The notes: generated by a model from the sequence alone, not told the origin. A stretch of DNA of 64,000 nucleotides from Vampirovibrionaceae bacterium NZW_1234 (GCA_041697335.1 JBGUGD010000010.1:1-64000), one strand, 5' to 3'. Positions 1 through 10,231 are shown, numbered from the stretch's first letter. Numbers and translations: made by a program.

Positions 1-247
1 AGGCCTTGGTTTTGACAAGGGACACGTAATCCAAAAGAATAAAGCTTTTCAGGACAGAGCGGAGCACGGTCGCCAGAAAGCCGAAGAGCAGCAATACATA
101 ACTGGCAAACGTCCAGTTACAATTAACCTCTGGAATTTGCGAGAGCGCTCGGGTCACTCCCAGGCTCAGCACTAACAGATAGAGCTTGCTGATGCCGCGT
201 AATGAGGCTTGAATAACGGTCCGTTCCACACCCAACTCCTTTGCCAT
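1..247 (-). CDS. Membrane protein, 5' part only (runs off the window edge)
   Basis: Open frame from ATG 247 (alternative 271): MAKELGVERTVIQASLRGISKLYLLVLSLG...YVLLLFGFLATVL, two hydrophobic segments, no stop before position 1. Confidence 0.55.
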   Translation of the reverse strand, partial: MAKELGVERTVIQASLRGISKLYLLVLSLGVTRALSQIPEVNCNWTFASYVLLLFGFLATVLRSVLKSFILLDYVSLVKTKA

Positions 248-320
248 GGTGTATCGGGTCGTATGCCCCATTATAGTGGTCTTCGGGGCATAAACCTGCT
301 CAAGGAGTCGGAAATCCTAT

Positions 321-354
321 AAATAAAGGACCCGAACCAAAAAGGTTCGGGCCT
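321..354 (-). terminator. Intrinsic terminator after aconitase
   Basis: Stem CCCGAACC/GGTTCGGG followed by TTTATTT on the minus strand. Confidence 0.7.
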
Positions 355-393
355 GATCAGAATGGATTTGTAAACTCGTGATGTCAGAGCAGC

Positions 394-2685
394 CTAGGAC
401 TTCAAGGCCGGTTGATTCACGGCATTAATGGCCGATCCGGCTTTGAACCAGTTGATTTGCTCATTGGTCATCGAGTGTTTTAAGGTCAGCTCCAAGGTGG
501 AACCATCGGCCTTGTGGACTTTCATGGTCACAGGCTGACCTTGTTTCAAATTGCTCAAGTCAACAATATCAACCCGATCGTCTTTGTTCACCTGGTCATA
601 ATCAGCCGGGTTCTCAAAAGTCAGGGGCAGAATCCCTTGCTTCTTGAGGTTGGTTTCGTGAATCCGGGCAAAGCTTCGAGCAATAACTGCTTTTACGCCT
701 AAGAGCCGTGGCGACATCGCCGCATGCTCACGGCTGCTCCCTTCACCGTAGTTTTCATCGCCTACAATGACGCAACCGCCAATGCTTGGGTTGTCTCGGT
801 ACTCCATGGCTTTCAGCGCCCAAGGAGATGCATTTCGATCTACACCCAGAACATTCATTTTAACAGGTTCTGCTCGTTCACCGGTGGCTGCATCTACAGC
901 CCCGAGCATCATATTATAGCTGATGCCTGACAGGTGACCACGGAGAGGTAACCAGTCTTTGCCGGCAGGAGAGATATGGTCTGTCGTGGTTTGCCCCTTG
1001 GTTTTGAGCAGAACCGGCAGGCTTACAAAGTCGTTGCCGTCCCAAGGTTTAAAGGGTTCCAGCAATTGCAAGCGAGGGCTTGCCGGGGAAATATCGACTT
1101 GCTGATTCTTCCCGTCAGTGGCCGGTGCCACATAGCCATCGGCTGTAATCACAAAACCTTTGGGGGGGATATCGGGTGCAGTCGGTGCCTCCAGGGCGAC
1201 GCCATCCACTTTGTCTTTAAAGGGATTGGCTTTCAAGTCGCCGGTTAGAGCGTACCAGAATACCATGGCTGGGCTGGTGAGAAACGATAAGGTTTCGGCC
1301 CGACCATCATTACGTCCTGGGAAGTTGCGGTTAAAGGAACTCACAATGGAGTTGGCCTCGCCGGGTTTCAAGTCAGTCCGATCCCAGTTCCCAATACAGG
1401 GACCGCAGGCGTTGGCCAGGACAAGGGCTCCCACATCGGCCAAATCTTGTAATTGGCCGTTTTCTTTAATGGTTTCCAGGACCTGCTGAGAACCTGGTGT
1501 AATGAGGAGCTTTGTTTTGAGTTTCAAGCCTTTTGCCTTGGCTTGACGGGCAAGATTTGCCACGCTTTCCAAGTCTTCAAACGAAGAGTTGGTACAACTT
1601 CCAATCAATGCGGCGCTCGGTTGTGCCGGATAACCTTCTTTGGTCACTGCTTCGGCAAATTGTGACAAGGAGCGAGACAAATCCGGGCGGTGGGGGCCGG
1701 TGATCTGCGGCTCCAGCTCAGACAAGTTGATCTCAATGACCTCGTCGAAGTATTTTTCCGGGTGAGCTTCCACATCGGCATCAGCCCGGAGTTGATCCTG
1801 ATGGGCCTTGGCTAATTCAGCAATATGCTCACGCCCTGTGGCGTTCAAATAGGCATGGCTCCGCTCATCATAGGGGAAAATCGAGCTGGTTGCGCCAAGT
1901 TCCGCACCCATGTTGGTAATGGTGGAGCGTCCGGTAGCGCTGATAGAGGCCACGCCAGGGCCAAAATATTCCATGATTTTGTTGGTCCCACCTTTGGTGG
2001 TCATTTTGCCCAACAAGTGAACAATAATGTCTTTGGGGGTGGTCCAGCCCTTCATTTCGCCTGTGAGCTTAACCCCAACGAGTTTCGGTGCACGGACCTC
2101 CCAGGGCAAGCCTGCCATGGTTTCCGCTGCATCTGAGCCGCCGACACCAACAGCGATCATACCTAAGCCACCGGCGTTGGGAGTATGGCTGTCAGTCCCG
2201 ATCATCAAGCCGCCAGGGAAGGCATATTTCTCCAGGACGACCTGGTGAATAATCCCACTACCCGGTTGCCAGAAGCCAATACCGTATTTGGCAGCTGCCG
2301 ATTTTAGGAAGTTGTAGACTTCGGCGTTCTCTTTGACTGCCCGTTGCATATCTTCTTCGACACCGGACTGCGCCCGAATCAAGTGGTCGCAGTGAATGGT
2401 TGAGGGAACGGCTGCTTCTGTGCGCTGGGCTTGCATGAACTGTAGCATGGCCATCTGGGCAGTGGCGTCCTGCATGGCAACCCGGTCCGGTCTGAGAGCC
2501 AGGGTGGACTCTCCACGAGTGACTTTTTCTGGGTAACGCTCAGAATCCAAGTGAGCGTAAAGTACTTTTTCAGCCAGCGTCAGCGCATCCCGACCCAGCA
2601 TTTTGCGAGCCTTGGTGTGCGACGCTTCAAAACTGTTGTAGAGCTTTTCAATGCGTTTTTCCATATCGTGTTCGAGTGTTGCCAT
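394..2685 (-). CDS. acnA: Aconitate hydratase, mitochondrial/Bacteroidota-like type (frame stays open to 3018)
   Basis: RPDRVAMQDATAQMA, HCDHLI, DSHTPN, IGSCTNSS, CGPCIG, TTDHISPAG, NYGEGSSREHAA motifs; core about 763 aa from MATLEHD. Confidence 0.93.
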   Translation of the reverse strand: MATLEHDMEKRIEKLYNSFEASHTKARKMLGRDALTLAEKVLYAHLDSERYPEKVTRGESTLALRPDRVAMQDATAQMAMLQFMQAQRTEAAVPSTIHCDHLIRAQSGVEEDMQRAVKENAEVYNFLKSAAAKYGIGFWQPGSGIIHQVVLEKYAFPGGLMIGTDSHTPNAGGLGMIAVGVGGSDAAETMAGLPWEVRAPKLVGVKLTGEMKGWTTPKDIIVHLLGKMTTKGGTNKIMEYFGPGVASISATGRSTITNMGAELGATSSIFPYDERSHAYLNATGREHIAELAKAHQDQLRADADVEAHPEKYFDEVIEINLSELEPQITGPHRPDLSRSLSQFAEAVTKEGYPAQPSAALIGSCTNSSFEDLESVANLARQAKAKGLKLKTKLLITPGSQQVLETIKENGQLQDLADVGALVLANACGPCIGNWDRTDLKPGEANSIVSSFNRNFPGRNDGRAETLSFLTSPAMVFWYALTGDLKANPFKDKVDGVALEAPTAPDIPPKGFVITADGYVAPATDGKNQQVDISPASPRLQLLEPFKPWDGNDFVSLPVLLKTKGQTTTDHISPAGKDWLPLRGHLSGISYNMMLGAVDAATGERAEPVKMNVLGVDRNASPWALKAMEYRDNPSIGGCVIVGDENYGEGSSREHAAMSPRLLGVKAVIARSFARIHETNLKKQGILPLTFENPADYDQVNKDDRVDIVDLSNLKQGQPVTMKVHKADGSTLELTLKHSMTNEQINWFKAGSAINAVNQPALKS

Positions 2686-3137
2686 GGCGATACCATCCTG
2701 ATGACTATGACTCCTAATGCTGTTACTATACAAAAGACTTGCCCAAGGTTCAACGAATTTGGCTGTCCATTGCCGTAAAAACTCGGGAATCCAGCGCTGC
2801 CAGAAGGTGGGGGGTGTTGCTTTAGCGATGGGCTTGTTGGGCTTGGGGGAAACAATTGCCAGTTCCTGAGGTGTTAGAACCTTTAATTCAAATCGTCGGG
2901 GAGGTTGTTGGCTCCGAAACCGAAGGCTTGAGGCTCTAGTCGGCCGATACCCCTGGTCGGCTACAAATATGGATGTGGCTGTGTGTTGGACACCAAGCAT
3001 GGTGTTTTTCTCCCCCATTCCTCACTTAAACAGATGTTTATATGTAATAACAATACAGCTTCTCTAAAACATGCATTGGCGTCAATCGATATCCCCATAA
3101 CTTGAAGCTTAGGTTTTTGAAGGGAGCATAATTTGAA

Positions 3138-4121
3138 TTAGAGCGCTTTCAGGCGTTTGAGTCCTGGTGCTTGGCTGAGGCATGCCTCTAACATGGCCTC
3201 TGCATGTTTTTCCATGCCAACAGGCATAAAGTGGAAGCCGCCCGCGCAGGGTGTAAATTCAGCCACCAAGTCAGCGCAGTAGGCAATGCTTTCCTGAATG
3301 GGATTGGACGAGCGTTCCAGAATCTCAATAAAGCTATTTGGGATTTCAATGCCAAGAATTTTTTGGTTCATGAACCGGGCAAAGTCCGCCGATTTCGGTG
3401 GGATAATACCCACCATCAGTTTAGGGGGATCGCATTTAACCCGATCCGAGAGCGTGGCGATGACCTCACAGGCATCTATCAAGGTTCGCAAATCATAAAC
3501 GGGTTGGGTTTGTAAAAATTTTACGCCCAGGGTGAGCTTGTACTGTAGGCGATGAAGTTGGGCCTCTCGAGACATACGATGGGGATTCAGGGCAGCCCCA
3601 TAACAAAATGCGGTGCCTCCTTTTTTAAAGTCTTTTCCTGTGGCATCTTTACCTTCGTTTAGCGTCTTGATGAGATCTAAAAGACGTAGCGCATCCACAT
3701 GAGAGACTTGTTTGGCCACTTCGGCCTGATCGCCAATTTTGATGGGATCACCCGTCAGCCCCAGGATAGTATGGATGCCCATGGCCCAGGCTCCTAAAAG
3801 ATCGGCTTGCAAAGCCAAGACATTTCTGTCTCGACTGGTCAATTGCCAAACGGCTTCAACACCCAGTTCATCCTGCAAAATTTTGGCGGCTGCCAGGGAA
3901 CTCATTTTTAAAATGGAGCGTTGGCAGTCAGGGACGTTGATGGCATCAACCTTATCTGCAATGGGACGAACATAATTTAAAAATTGAGTGACATCCGTTC
4001 CTTTGGGGGGAGAGAACTCCACGGTAATGGTGTGATTTTTGGACGCAACTTTTTTGGGAAATACAGCGTGTGACACAGCGGTTACTCTTCTACAAATCCA
4101 GATCGTGATTCTATTGTACAC
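3138..4121 (-). CDS. metF: Methylenetetrahydrofolate reductase (start may be GTG 4076)
   Basis: VEFSPPKG, INVPD, LTSRDRN..ALQADL, LTGDP, QTQPVYD, GIIP, GFHFM motifs. Confidence 0.88.
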   Translation of the reverse strand: MYNRITIWICRRVTAVSHAVFPKKVASKNHTITVEFSPPKGTDVTQFLNYVRPIADKVDAINVPDCQRSILKMSSLAAAKILQDELGVEAVWQLTSRDRNVLALQADLLGAWAMGIHTILGLTGDPIKIGDQAEVAKQVSHVDALRLLDLIKTLNEGKDATGKDFKKGGTAFCYGAALNPHRMSREAQLHRLQYKLTLGVKFLQTQPVYDLRTLIDACEVIATLSDRVKCDPPKLMVGIIPPKSADFARFMNQKILGIEIPNSFIEILERSSNPIQESIAYCADLVAEFTPCAGGFHFMPVGMEKHAEAMLEACLSQAPGLKRLKAL

Positions 4122-4138
4122 AATCCCGCCGTGGCTGC

Positions 4139-5053
4139 TTAGGGGATGTTTTGAAAGGCTTCTTCTGACTGGATATCGTTCTCCTTGATGAAAGGCGTTG
4201 GCCGGGGTTCTTCAAGACTGGGTTCATCGGTATGCATGATGGGTGTCCCTGTAGAAACGGTTTGTTCTTGAATGGTTTGGTCTTCGGGGAGGGGCTTCTG
4301 AGGTTTTGATTCCGGTAATATTCCAATCACAACAGGTTTCACACGTTTTTGCTTTAGGGCTGTTTGAAGGGCCAATTTGTTAATTTGCGCTTGGGGATAG
4401 GTTGTGATGAGGGTTTTGTACAATTGGGATACCCCGGGCTCCCCTTTCTTAAGATAGTCTGGATGGACGGCCATCACCAATTGGTTTCCCTGTTTATCGA
4501 CCGGTGCAACGTCGTATACAACAGAAACCGGTGTCCCAATCCGAATCTGGCTGTAAAGGTCTTCAGCATCCGGAATTTTCATACGTACACAACCATGGGA
4601 GCTAAAGCGTCCGACTGAACCTGGATTATCGGTCCCATGTATGCCGTATTCTCCGCCTTGATGAGTTTTAAATCCCATCCAACGGGTTCCTAAGGGATTG
4701 CTTTTTCCGGGTCGAATGCGGACTTGGCCAGGTTGCAGATAAGGATTTTCCCAGCCCGGATTCTTGATCATATTGATAATGCGGTAGTTCCCTAAGGGGG
4801 TCTGAAACCGGGGGCGTCCTACACCGACCGGATAGCGTTTGATGAGATCTCCTTGAGCCGAATAAAGCGACAAGTGTCGTGTTGCCGTGTTAATGACAAT
4901 GCGTTTGTCTGGTTCCACCAAAGGGTCGTGTGCCGCATAGACCCATGTTGTGAGTGACAAGCACCCGAGCAACAGGATCCATGCGACACGAAAATGCCCG
5001 ATGATTCTAAGCTTCCAGCGAAATTGCACCCTGGGGGAATGGATGATCGACAC
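4139..5053 (-). CDS. L,D-transpeptidase (YkuD/ErfK family)
   Basis: Signal/TM segment; YPVGVG, TPLG, NPLGTRWM, YGIHGT, SHGCVRM catalytic motif. Confidence 0.92.
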   Translation of the reverse strand: MSIIHSPRVQFRWKLRIIGHFRVAWILLLGCLSLTTWVYAAHDPLVEPDKRIVINTATRHLSLYSAQGDLIKRYPVGVGRPRFQTPLGNYRIINMIKNPGWENPYLQPGQVRIRPGKSNPLGTRWMGFKTHQGGEYGIHGTDNPGSVGRFSSHGCVRMKIPDAEDLYSQIRIGTPVSVVYDVAPVDKQGNQLVMAVHPDYLKKGEPGVSQLYKTLITTYPQAQINKLALQTALKQKRVKPVVIGILPESKPQKPLPEDQTIQEQTVSTGTPIMHTDEPSLEEPRPTPFIKENDIQSEEAFQNIP

Positions 5054-5056
5054 CCC

Positions 5057-5668
5057 CTACCAGTAGCCTCGGGTGTATCCCGTGGGTCGTTCTTGTTGTG
5101 CGGGTGAATCGTTATATACCGGCTCGGGATCCACCGGGGTGGTGTAAGCCGTACTGTAATTAACAATGCTGTTCAATTGTTGTGAGGTCGACGCAATATT
5201 GGTGACACCGGGTTCATGTAGGGTCCCGGAGGCTACTACCGAGCCGTTGGCGTCGTTGACATTGTAGGCCACTGTTTCTGACATCACACTGTCGCGATCC
5301 ATGTAAAAGGTGCGCTCTGAATATCCAGGGACCACGTGACTTACCCCATAGTCTGGAATGTTAAAGGTAACCGGTCCGCCTGAGGGATTCACAATGTGGA
5401 AGAGAATATAAGGCCCTTGAATATAGCGTTGTACCGGTATACTGGGTGAACTGGTGGTGACGGTCGTGGTGGGTTGTGCCACGGTGGTTTCTAACACTTG
5501 TGTGCATGTGGCGCTACCCGGAGGGCAATTGGTGCTGACGACGGTTGTACCCGCACTGCTCATAACGGGTTGACCCACAACCACCTGTTCAACGGTTTGG
5601 GCCTGGGCCATTACGGGGAGGCTCGCAAGGCTAGCCAGGGCTAAGCCAATCGCAAAATGTCTTCTCAT
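5057..5668 (-). CDS. Secreted hypothetical protein (Thr/Val-rich N-terminus, beta-rich core)
   Basis: Sec signal peptide ending AQA; GAGGA RBS; 203 aa. Confidence 0.75.
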   Translation of the reverse strand: MRRHFAIGLALASLASLPVMAQAQTVEQVVVGQPVMSSAGTTVVSTNCPPGSATCTQVLETTVAQPTTTVTTSSPSIPVQRYIQGPYILFHIVNPSGGPVTFNIPDYGVSHVVPGYSERTFYMDRDSVMSETVAYNVNDANGSVVASGTLHEPGVTNIASTSQQLNSIVNYSTAYTTPVDPEPVYNDSPAQQERPTGYTRGYW

Positions 5669-5904
5669 GGTTGATTCCTCACTTGCTTGCTTCTTTTGTC
5701 TGCATACGATATCCAGGGTGTTTGCCTAGAAGGGTGATCGCTTTACGTTGTCGACGAGCGGTAACACACCGATATCGATAGTCATCTGACGGTTTTTTCA
5801 AGTTTAACAAGCTTTCAGGGCGATTTAATCCGTAAGTCAGGTACCGCCACCTGCCGGATAGCGCCAACCTCAACTACAAACGCAATTCATATCCAAAACT
5901 TCCC

Positions 5905-6028
5905 AAAAAAAATCCCTGTAAATGTGATTCACAGGGTGGGACATAGGCTGGGGTTAAACTTGAACCTTTGATGTGGACCAAAGATTCCTTGGGGTGTGGG
6001 CTATGGGTTTCCTAACTCTCGTTTCCTA
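5905..6028 (-). ncRNA. Candidate small RNA or terminating leader with AGGA repeats
   Basis: -10-like TATTAT (6031-6036, minus), two TAGGAAAC repeats, hairpin CCCTG(T)/(A)CAGGG plus 8-U tail at 5905-5936, no ORF. Confidence 0.4.
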
Positions 6029-6224
6029 CAATAATAAAAACAATCAAAAGATCTGGATTGCTTCAATAGCCCTTATCTGTAACAAATCGTAATAATAAAG
6101 CCTTGGAGGATGCGGAATGCTCAGTTGGATTTTGGATTTATGATAATAAAATAGGAGTACATGGGTGGATCAATTTGCGAGGCCCGTGAACGAATGGTAT
6201 TGAAAATTGGAGAGACAAAATCCC

Positions 6225-6353
6225 ATGGGTCCCAACCAAGCCAATCCGGAAAAATTGATGTTGTTTTTGTTTCCGTTGATTACCTTGAGCCTGTTTATTG
6301 CGGGTATTGTGGTGTTTAAACTGGTGCCAATGCTATTTAGCGGTGGCCAATAA
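6225..6353 (+). CDS. Small single-pass membrane protein (42 aa), not in the ORF track
   Basis: GGAGAG upstream; MGPNQANPEKLMLFLFPLITLSLFIAGIVVFKLVPMLFSGGQ. Confidence 0.55.
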   Translation: MGPNQANPEKLMLFLFPLITLSLFIAGIVVFKLVPMLFSGGQ

Positions 6354-6465
6354 GCCTGTCACGCTCTTTTGGTGGGGTGGACAAGCTGTTGAATTAAAAA
6401 TTACGAAACCTGAGGGATTTTCGATGACGGGGGCTTGGGTTTTGTGCGGGAGCATGGCATAATAA

Positions 6466-6645
6466 CTTTACCCTGAGGTTGTGGCCTTTCGTTTTGACTC
6501 TACACCATATAAAACGGGAGTCCAACTCGCTGGTGATGCCGTAAGCCAACATTTTGGTTGGAAATGAATACTCGCCACGGTGGACACCCCCCTGGGAGAC
6601 CAGGAGTTTCAAAACACAGGTCACATTCAAGCCTCAGGGTTTTCT
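6466..6645 (-). ncRNA. ssrS: 6S RNA
   Basis: About 175 nt closed by terminal stem ACCCTGAGG(6470-6478)/CCTCAGGGT(6632-6640), rod-like internal pairing, directly downstream of purK, a synteny known in cyanobacteria. Confidence 0.8.
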
Positions 6646-6706
6646 TTTGCCCAAGCTTTATAAAACCCACACAACTGAAATGTCGTGTTGAAGAAAGCGG
6701 CATTGG

Positions 6707-7873
6707 CTAATTTTGTACGTTCGCGAATTGGGTTAGGGTATTTCTCGCCTCTCGAAGCCGTTGTGCCGCCATGAGCGGACTTTCATTCAAGGCTGTAATA
6801 TGACCCATTTTGCGCCCGGGCTTGGGTGTTTTCTTACCGTATAAATGGAGTTTGATTTCAGGGAAACGACATAAAGCTTCCCAATCTGGTTCTCCTTCCG
6901 TAGGCCATAGGTCTCCCAAGAGATTGGCCATGGCAGAGGGGCGTACCCAATCACATCGGCCTAAAGGTAAGCCACATATTGCTCGAAGTTGTTGTTCAAA
7001 TTGGCTGGTCAGGGCGCCTTCGATGGTTAAATGTCCGGAGTTATGCGGGCGTGGAGCAAGTTCATTGATGAGTAGCCGATGGTCTTCAGTGAGGAAGAAC
7101 TCAACACATAGAACACCGACCATCTGGAAGGCTTCCATGATGGACTGGGTCAGGTGAAGGGCTTGCTGCTCCACAGCGGGTGAAATCTGAGCTGGGGCCA
7201 TGGAGACGTCTAAGATATGGTTCACATGCTGATTTTCAATGGGTGTGTAAGCTGCAAATTGCCCTTGGGGGGTTCGAGCTCCGATAACGGAAATTTCCTT
7301 TTCAAAGGCAACGAACTGCTCCAGGACGGCTTCGGCCTGCCCAATGGCCTGATAGGCCGATGGGGCATCGTCGCGATGACGAATGACACATTGGCCTTTA
7401 CCATCATAGCCAAACCCGGCGGTCTTGAGCACCGCCGGTGTTCCGATGGTTTTTACCGCTTCCAAGAGACTGTCTAAAGAGCGGATGGCCATAAATGGGG
7501 TGACGGGGAAACCGTTTTCAAAGAGAAATGTTTTCTCACGCAAACGATGCTGGGTGGTTGAAAGGACATCTGGCTGAGGAAAGACGGGTGTGAAGGTGCT
7601 TAATAGTTCCAGGGCTGTACTGGGAATATTTTCAAACTCCAGCGTGATGACATCAGTCGCTTGGGCAAAGGCAGTGAGGGCGTCGATGTCATCATATTCA
7701 GCTACCGTTTCAGCGTGACATATCTGTCCGGCGGGGCTGTCTGAATCCGGGGAGTATACATGGGTTCGATAGCCCATGCGTGTAGCACACAGAGCCAGCA
7801 TGCGTCCCAACTGACCGCTACCGACAATGCCAATGGTTCTGCCCGGGAGAATAGGGTCTAAGAGAGATGACAT
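6707..7873 (-). CDS. purK: N5-carboxyaminoimidazole ribonucleotide synthase
   Basis: [39 protein letters not shown]...RKMGH. Confidence 0.97.
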   Translation of the reverse strand: MSSLLDPILPGRTIGIVGSGQLGRMLALCATRMGYRTHVYSPDSDSPAGQICHAETVAEYDDIDALTAFAQATDVITLEFENIPSTALELLSTFTPVFPQPDVLSTTQHRLREKTFLFENGFPVTPFMAIRSLDSLLEAVKTIGTPAVLKTAGFGYDGKGQCVIRHRDDAPSAYQAIGQAEAVLEQFVAFEKEISVIGARTPQGQFAAYTPIENQHVNHILDVSMAPAQISPAVEQQALHLTQSIMEAFQMVGVLCVEFFLTEDHRLLINELAPRPHNSGHLTIEGALTSQFEQQLRAICGLPLGRCDWVRPSAMANLLGDLWPTEGEPDWEALCRFPEIKLHLYGKKTPKPGRKMGHITALNESPLMAAQRLREARNTLTQFANVQN

Positions 7874-8349
7874 GAGGTCATGACCTCTTGGGTCTGTCGG
7901 GTCCGGTAGGCGTCCAGTTTGTTTCGGAGGGCCGGATTCGAGGTTGCTAGAACACTAATGGCCAACAATGCTGCATTGATGGCGCCGGCTTGCCCAATAG
8001 CCAAGGTCCCTACCGGAACCCCTTTGGGCATTTGCACGATGGAGAGTAAAGAATCCATACCCTTGAGGCTACGGCTTTCAATGGGGACGCCAAACACAGG
8101 TAGCAAGGTTTGTGCAGCGGTCATACCCGGTAAATGCGCTGCACCACCTGCACCGGCAATGATGACCTTGATACCGCGACCTTCGGCGGAGGTCGCAAAT
8201 TCGGTGAGCCATTGTGGTGTGCGGTGTGCTGAAACAACCAAACATTCATGAGGGACTTCAAAATCGGTCAAGATATCCGCACAATGGCGCATGGTGTCCC
8301 AGTCGGACTGACTACCCATAATGACAGAAACGTGGGGAGAGGCGTTCAT
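7858..8349 (-). CDS. purE: N5-CAIR mutase
   Basis: [38 protein letters not shown]. Confidence 0.97.
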   Translation of the reverse strand: MNASPHVSVIMGSQSDWDTMRHCADILTDFEVPHECLVVSAHRTPQWLTEFATSAEGRGIKVIIAGAGGAAHLPGMTAAQTLLPVFGVPIESRSLKGMDSLLSIVQMPKGVPVGTLAIGQAGAINAALLAISVLATSNPALRNKLDAYRTRQTQEVMTSCHLS

Positions 8350-8361
8350 CCATGACCCTTT

Positions 8362-9375
8362 CTATGCCGGTTGATGTGTGCGTGCCGATGATCCTGAGGC
8401 CGCGCGACCTAATCGATCTGCGACGCCGGTCCAAGACCCTTCAGTAGGAACGACTTCTACCAGTATTGTACGGCAACCCAATTGGTCCAGGTAAAATAAG
8501 TTGGCATAAAGCTGTTTCGCGTAACCTGGAGCATCTTTTGGGGCTTGTACCCAATGTATATTGGGATTATCCATGGGTTTGGGCTGACGTGATAGAATCC
8601 CCAGAGGGCCTTTATCACTGGCCAAACTGGCTATACGTGCCGGGAGGTTTTCTAATGTCACCAATTCTACAGGGCTTCGGGGGGCATAATGACTGTTTAA
8701 GGTTCCCGGGGCTCTTACATCGGAACGAGGCAATATTGACGAGGCTAATGCAGTAACCTGTGCTGTAAGGACCCGGTGAATTTCCGCTTCTGTTAACATG
8801 CCGGGACGTAAAATACATGGGGTACCCCCAGAAAGATCGATAATGGTTGATTCAATCCCCACATGGCAGGGACCACCATCTAAAATCATTGGGATAGCAT
8901 TGCCTAAAGCATGGCAGACTTGTTCCGGTGTGGTTGGGCTAAGACATCCGAATTTATTGGCAGACGGAGCTGCAATTCCGCCTTGAAACTGTTCTAAGAG
9001 GGCGAGGGTTAATGGATGATTGGGGATCCGCAGTCCAATGGTGTCTTGTCCTCCTGTAATCCGGGATGAAACATGAGGGGCCTTTTTTAAAATCAACGTC
9101 ATAGGCCCTGGCCAAAAAGCCTCTGCCAGTTGATAAGCACTGTCAGGAATGTCGATAGCCCACTGGGAAAGCTGTTGCACATGGGCCAGATGCACGATAA
9201 CCGGATGATGGGTCGGTCGGCCTTTAACCGTGTAAAGCCGCTCCAAGGCCGCTTCATTGGACGCATCGGCCCCCAATCCATAAACCGTTTCCGTGGGAAT
9301 GGCCACCAGTAGACCTTGTTGGAGTAAGGTCAACGCTTGATCAATATTGGAAGAGACTACAGGATCAGACGGCAT
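8362..9375 (-). CDS. tsaC: Threonylcarbamoyl-AMP synthase (Sua5/YwlC, with SUA5 C-domain)
   Basis: PTETVYGLGA, KGRP, FWPGPMT, APSAN, GIESTI, APG..SHYAP. Confidence 0.95.
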   Translation of the reverse strand: MPSDPVVSSNIDQALTLLQQGLLVAIPTETVYGLGADASNEAALERLYTVKGRPTHHPVIVHLAHVQQLSQWAIDIPDSAYQLAEAFWPGPMTLILKKAPHVSSRITGGQDTIGLRIPNHPLTLALLEQFQGGIAAPSANKFGCLSPTTPEQVCHALGNAIPMILDGGPCHVGIESTIIDLSGGTPCILRPGMLTEAEIHRVLTAQVTALASSILPRSDVRAPGTLNSHYAPRSPVELVTLENLPARIASLASDKGPLGILSRQPKPMDNPNIHWVQAPKDAPGYAKQLYANLFYLDQLGCRTILVEVVPTEGSWTGVADRLGRAASGSSARTHQPA

Positions 9376-9594
9376 AGGGTTTCACGCCTGGGTTATGGCT
9401 TGGTTAGGGCTTGGTTAGGGCAGTATAATGTGTTCTTCCTATAAAACACATCTGGCATTCTTATTATTGCCTAAGACTCTATCATACTCAAAACAGACCC
9501 GAGTGCCTATGCTTCGCTCTATTGTTCCGTATTTATCGCTCATGTGAGCGCACGTATCAACAGCTTTGACTGTGATTTCGGGCTTCAAAATGCT

Positions 9595-10056
9595 TTAATC
9601 TTTTTTGAAAAGCTGAAGCAGCAACAAGGATTGTGCCAAATTATTGGCCGGGGGAGGAGGTGGTTGCCTCCGTTGTGCTGATAAGGCCCTTAAACGATTG
9701 AGATCCAGCTGTGGGTAGTTATTAATGCTTCGACTTGGTCGTTGTGGCGCCATGCGTCTCATCAAATCTTGTTCTGCGGCTGCATTGGAGCTGTAGGCAA
9801 TATCGAAAGGGTTTCCATGTTTCCAAAGCATTCTTGCAATATCTTGGCCCACCAGCCTGTTTAGGAAGCCACCAGGTCCTGCGTTTCCGAGTCCATAAGT
9901 TGAGTCTTGGCGTTGGGCTTGTATTTGAGTGGAAAGCGCACGCTGTTGTGCTTCTCTTGCCTGAGCCATTTGAGCACCCAAAGGAGGTTGTTGCTGGGCT
10001 TGTGCGCTATTCAGCAACAAGGCAATCAAAACTTGGTTAGAAATGCCGCTGGACAC
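9595..10056 (-). CDS. Gln/Leu/Pro-rich hypothetical protein
   Basis: GTG start with GGAGG RBS; amphipathic Leu-rich helices at both ends; no Cys. Confidence 0.7.
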   Translation of the reverse strand: MSSGISNQVLIALLLNSAQAQQQPPLGAQMAQAREAQQRALSTQIQAQRQDSTYGLGNAGPGGFLNRLVGQDIARMLWKHGNPFDIAYSSNAAAEQDLMRRMAPQRPSRSINNYPQLDLNRLRALSAQRRQPPPPPANNLAQSLLLLQLFKKD

Positions 10057-10200
10057 GGACGCCGCTTCCTCCTGCTCTTCTTCCTTGTGATCTTCTTTCG
10101 CTTACCAAAATAAAAACGCCCTTTAAAATAAAATTGCGTTCTAAAAGATATATTATTAACATTTTTTAAATGCTTCTCGCAGGCACATAATCACGCTTAG

Positions 10201-10231
10201 AAAAATAAAAAGCCCTGACAATGCAGGGCTT
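10201..10231 (-). terminator. Intrinsic terminator
   Basis: AAGCCCTG/CAGGGCTT stem followed by a U-rich tail on the minus strand. Confidence 0.75.

Noticed and set aside
6394..6703. Two short minus-strand ORFs after purK
   Set aside because: They overlap the 6S RNA structure, which explains the region better
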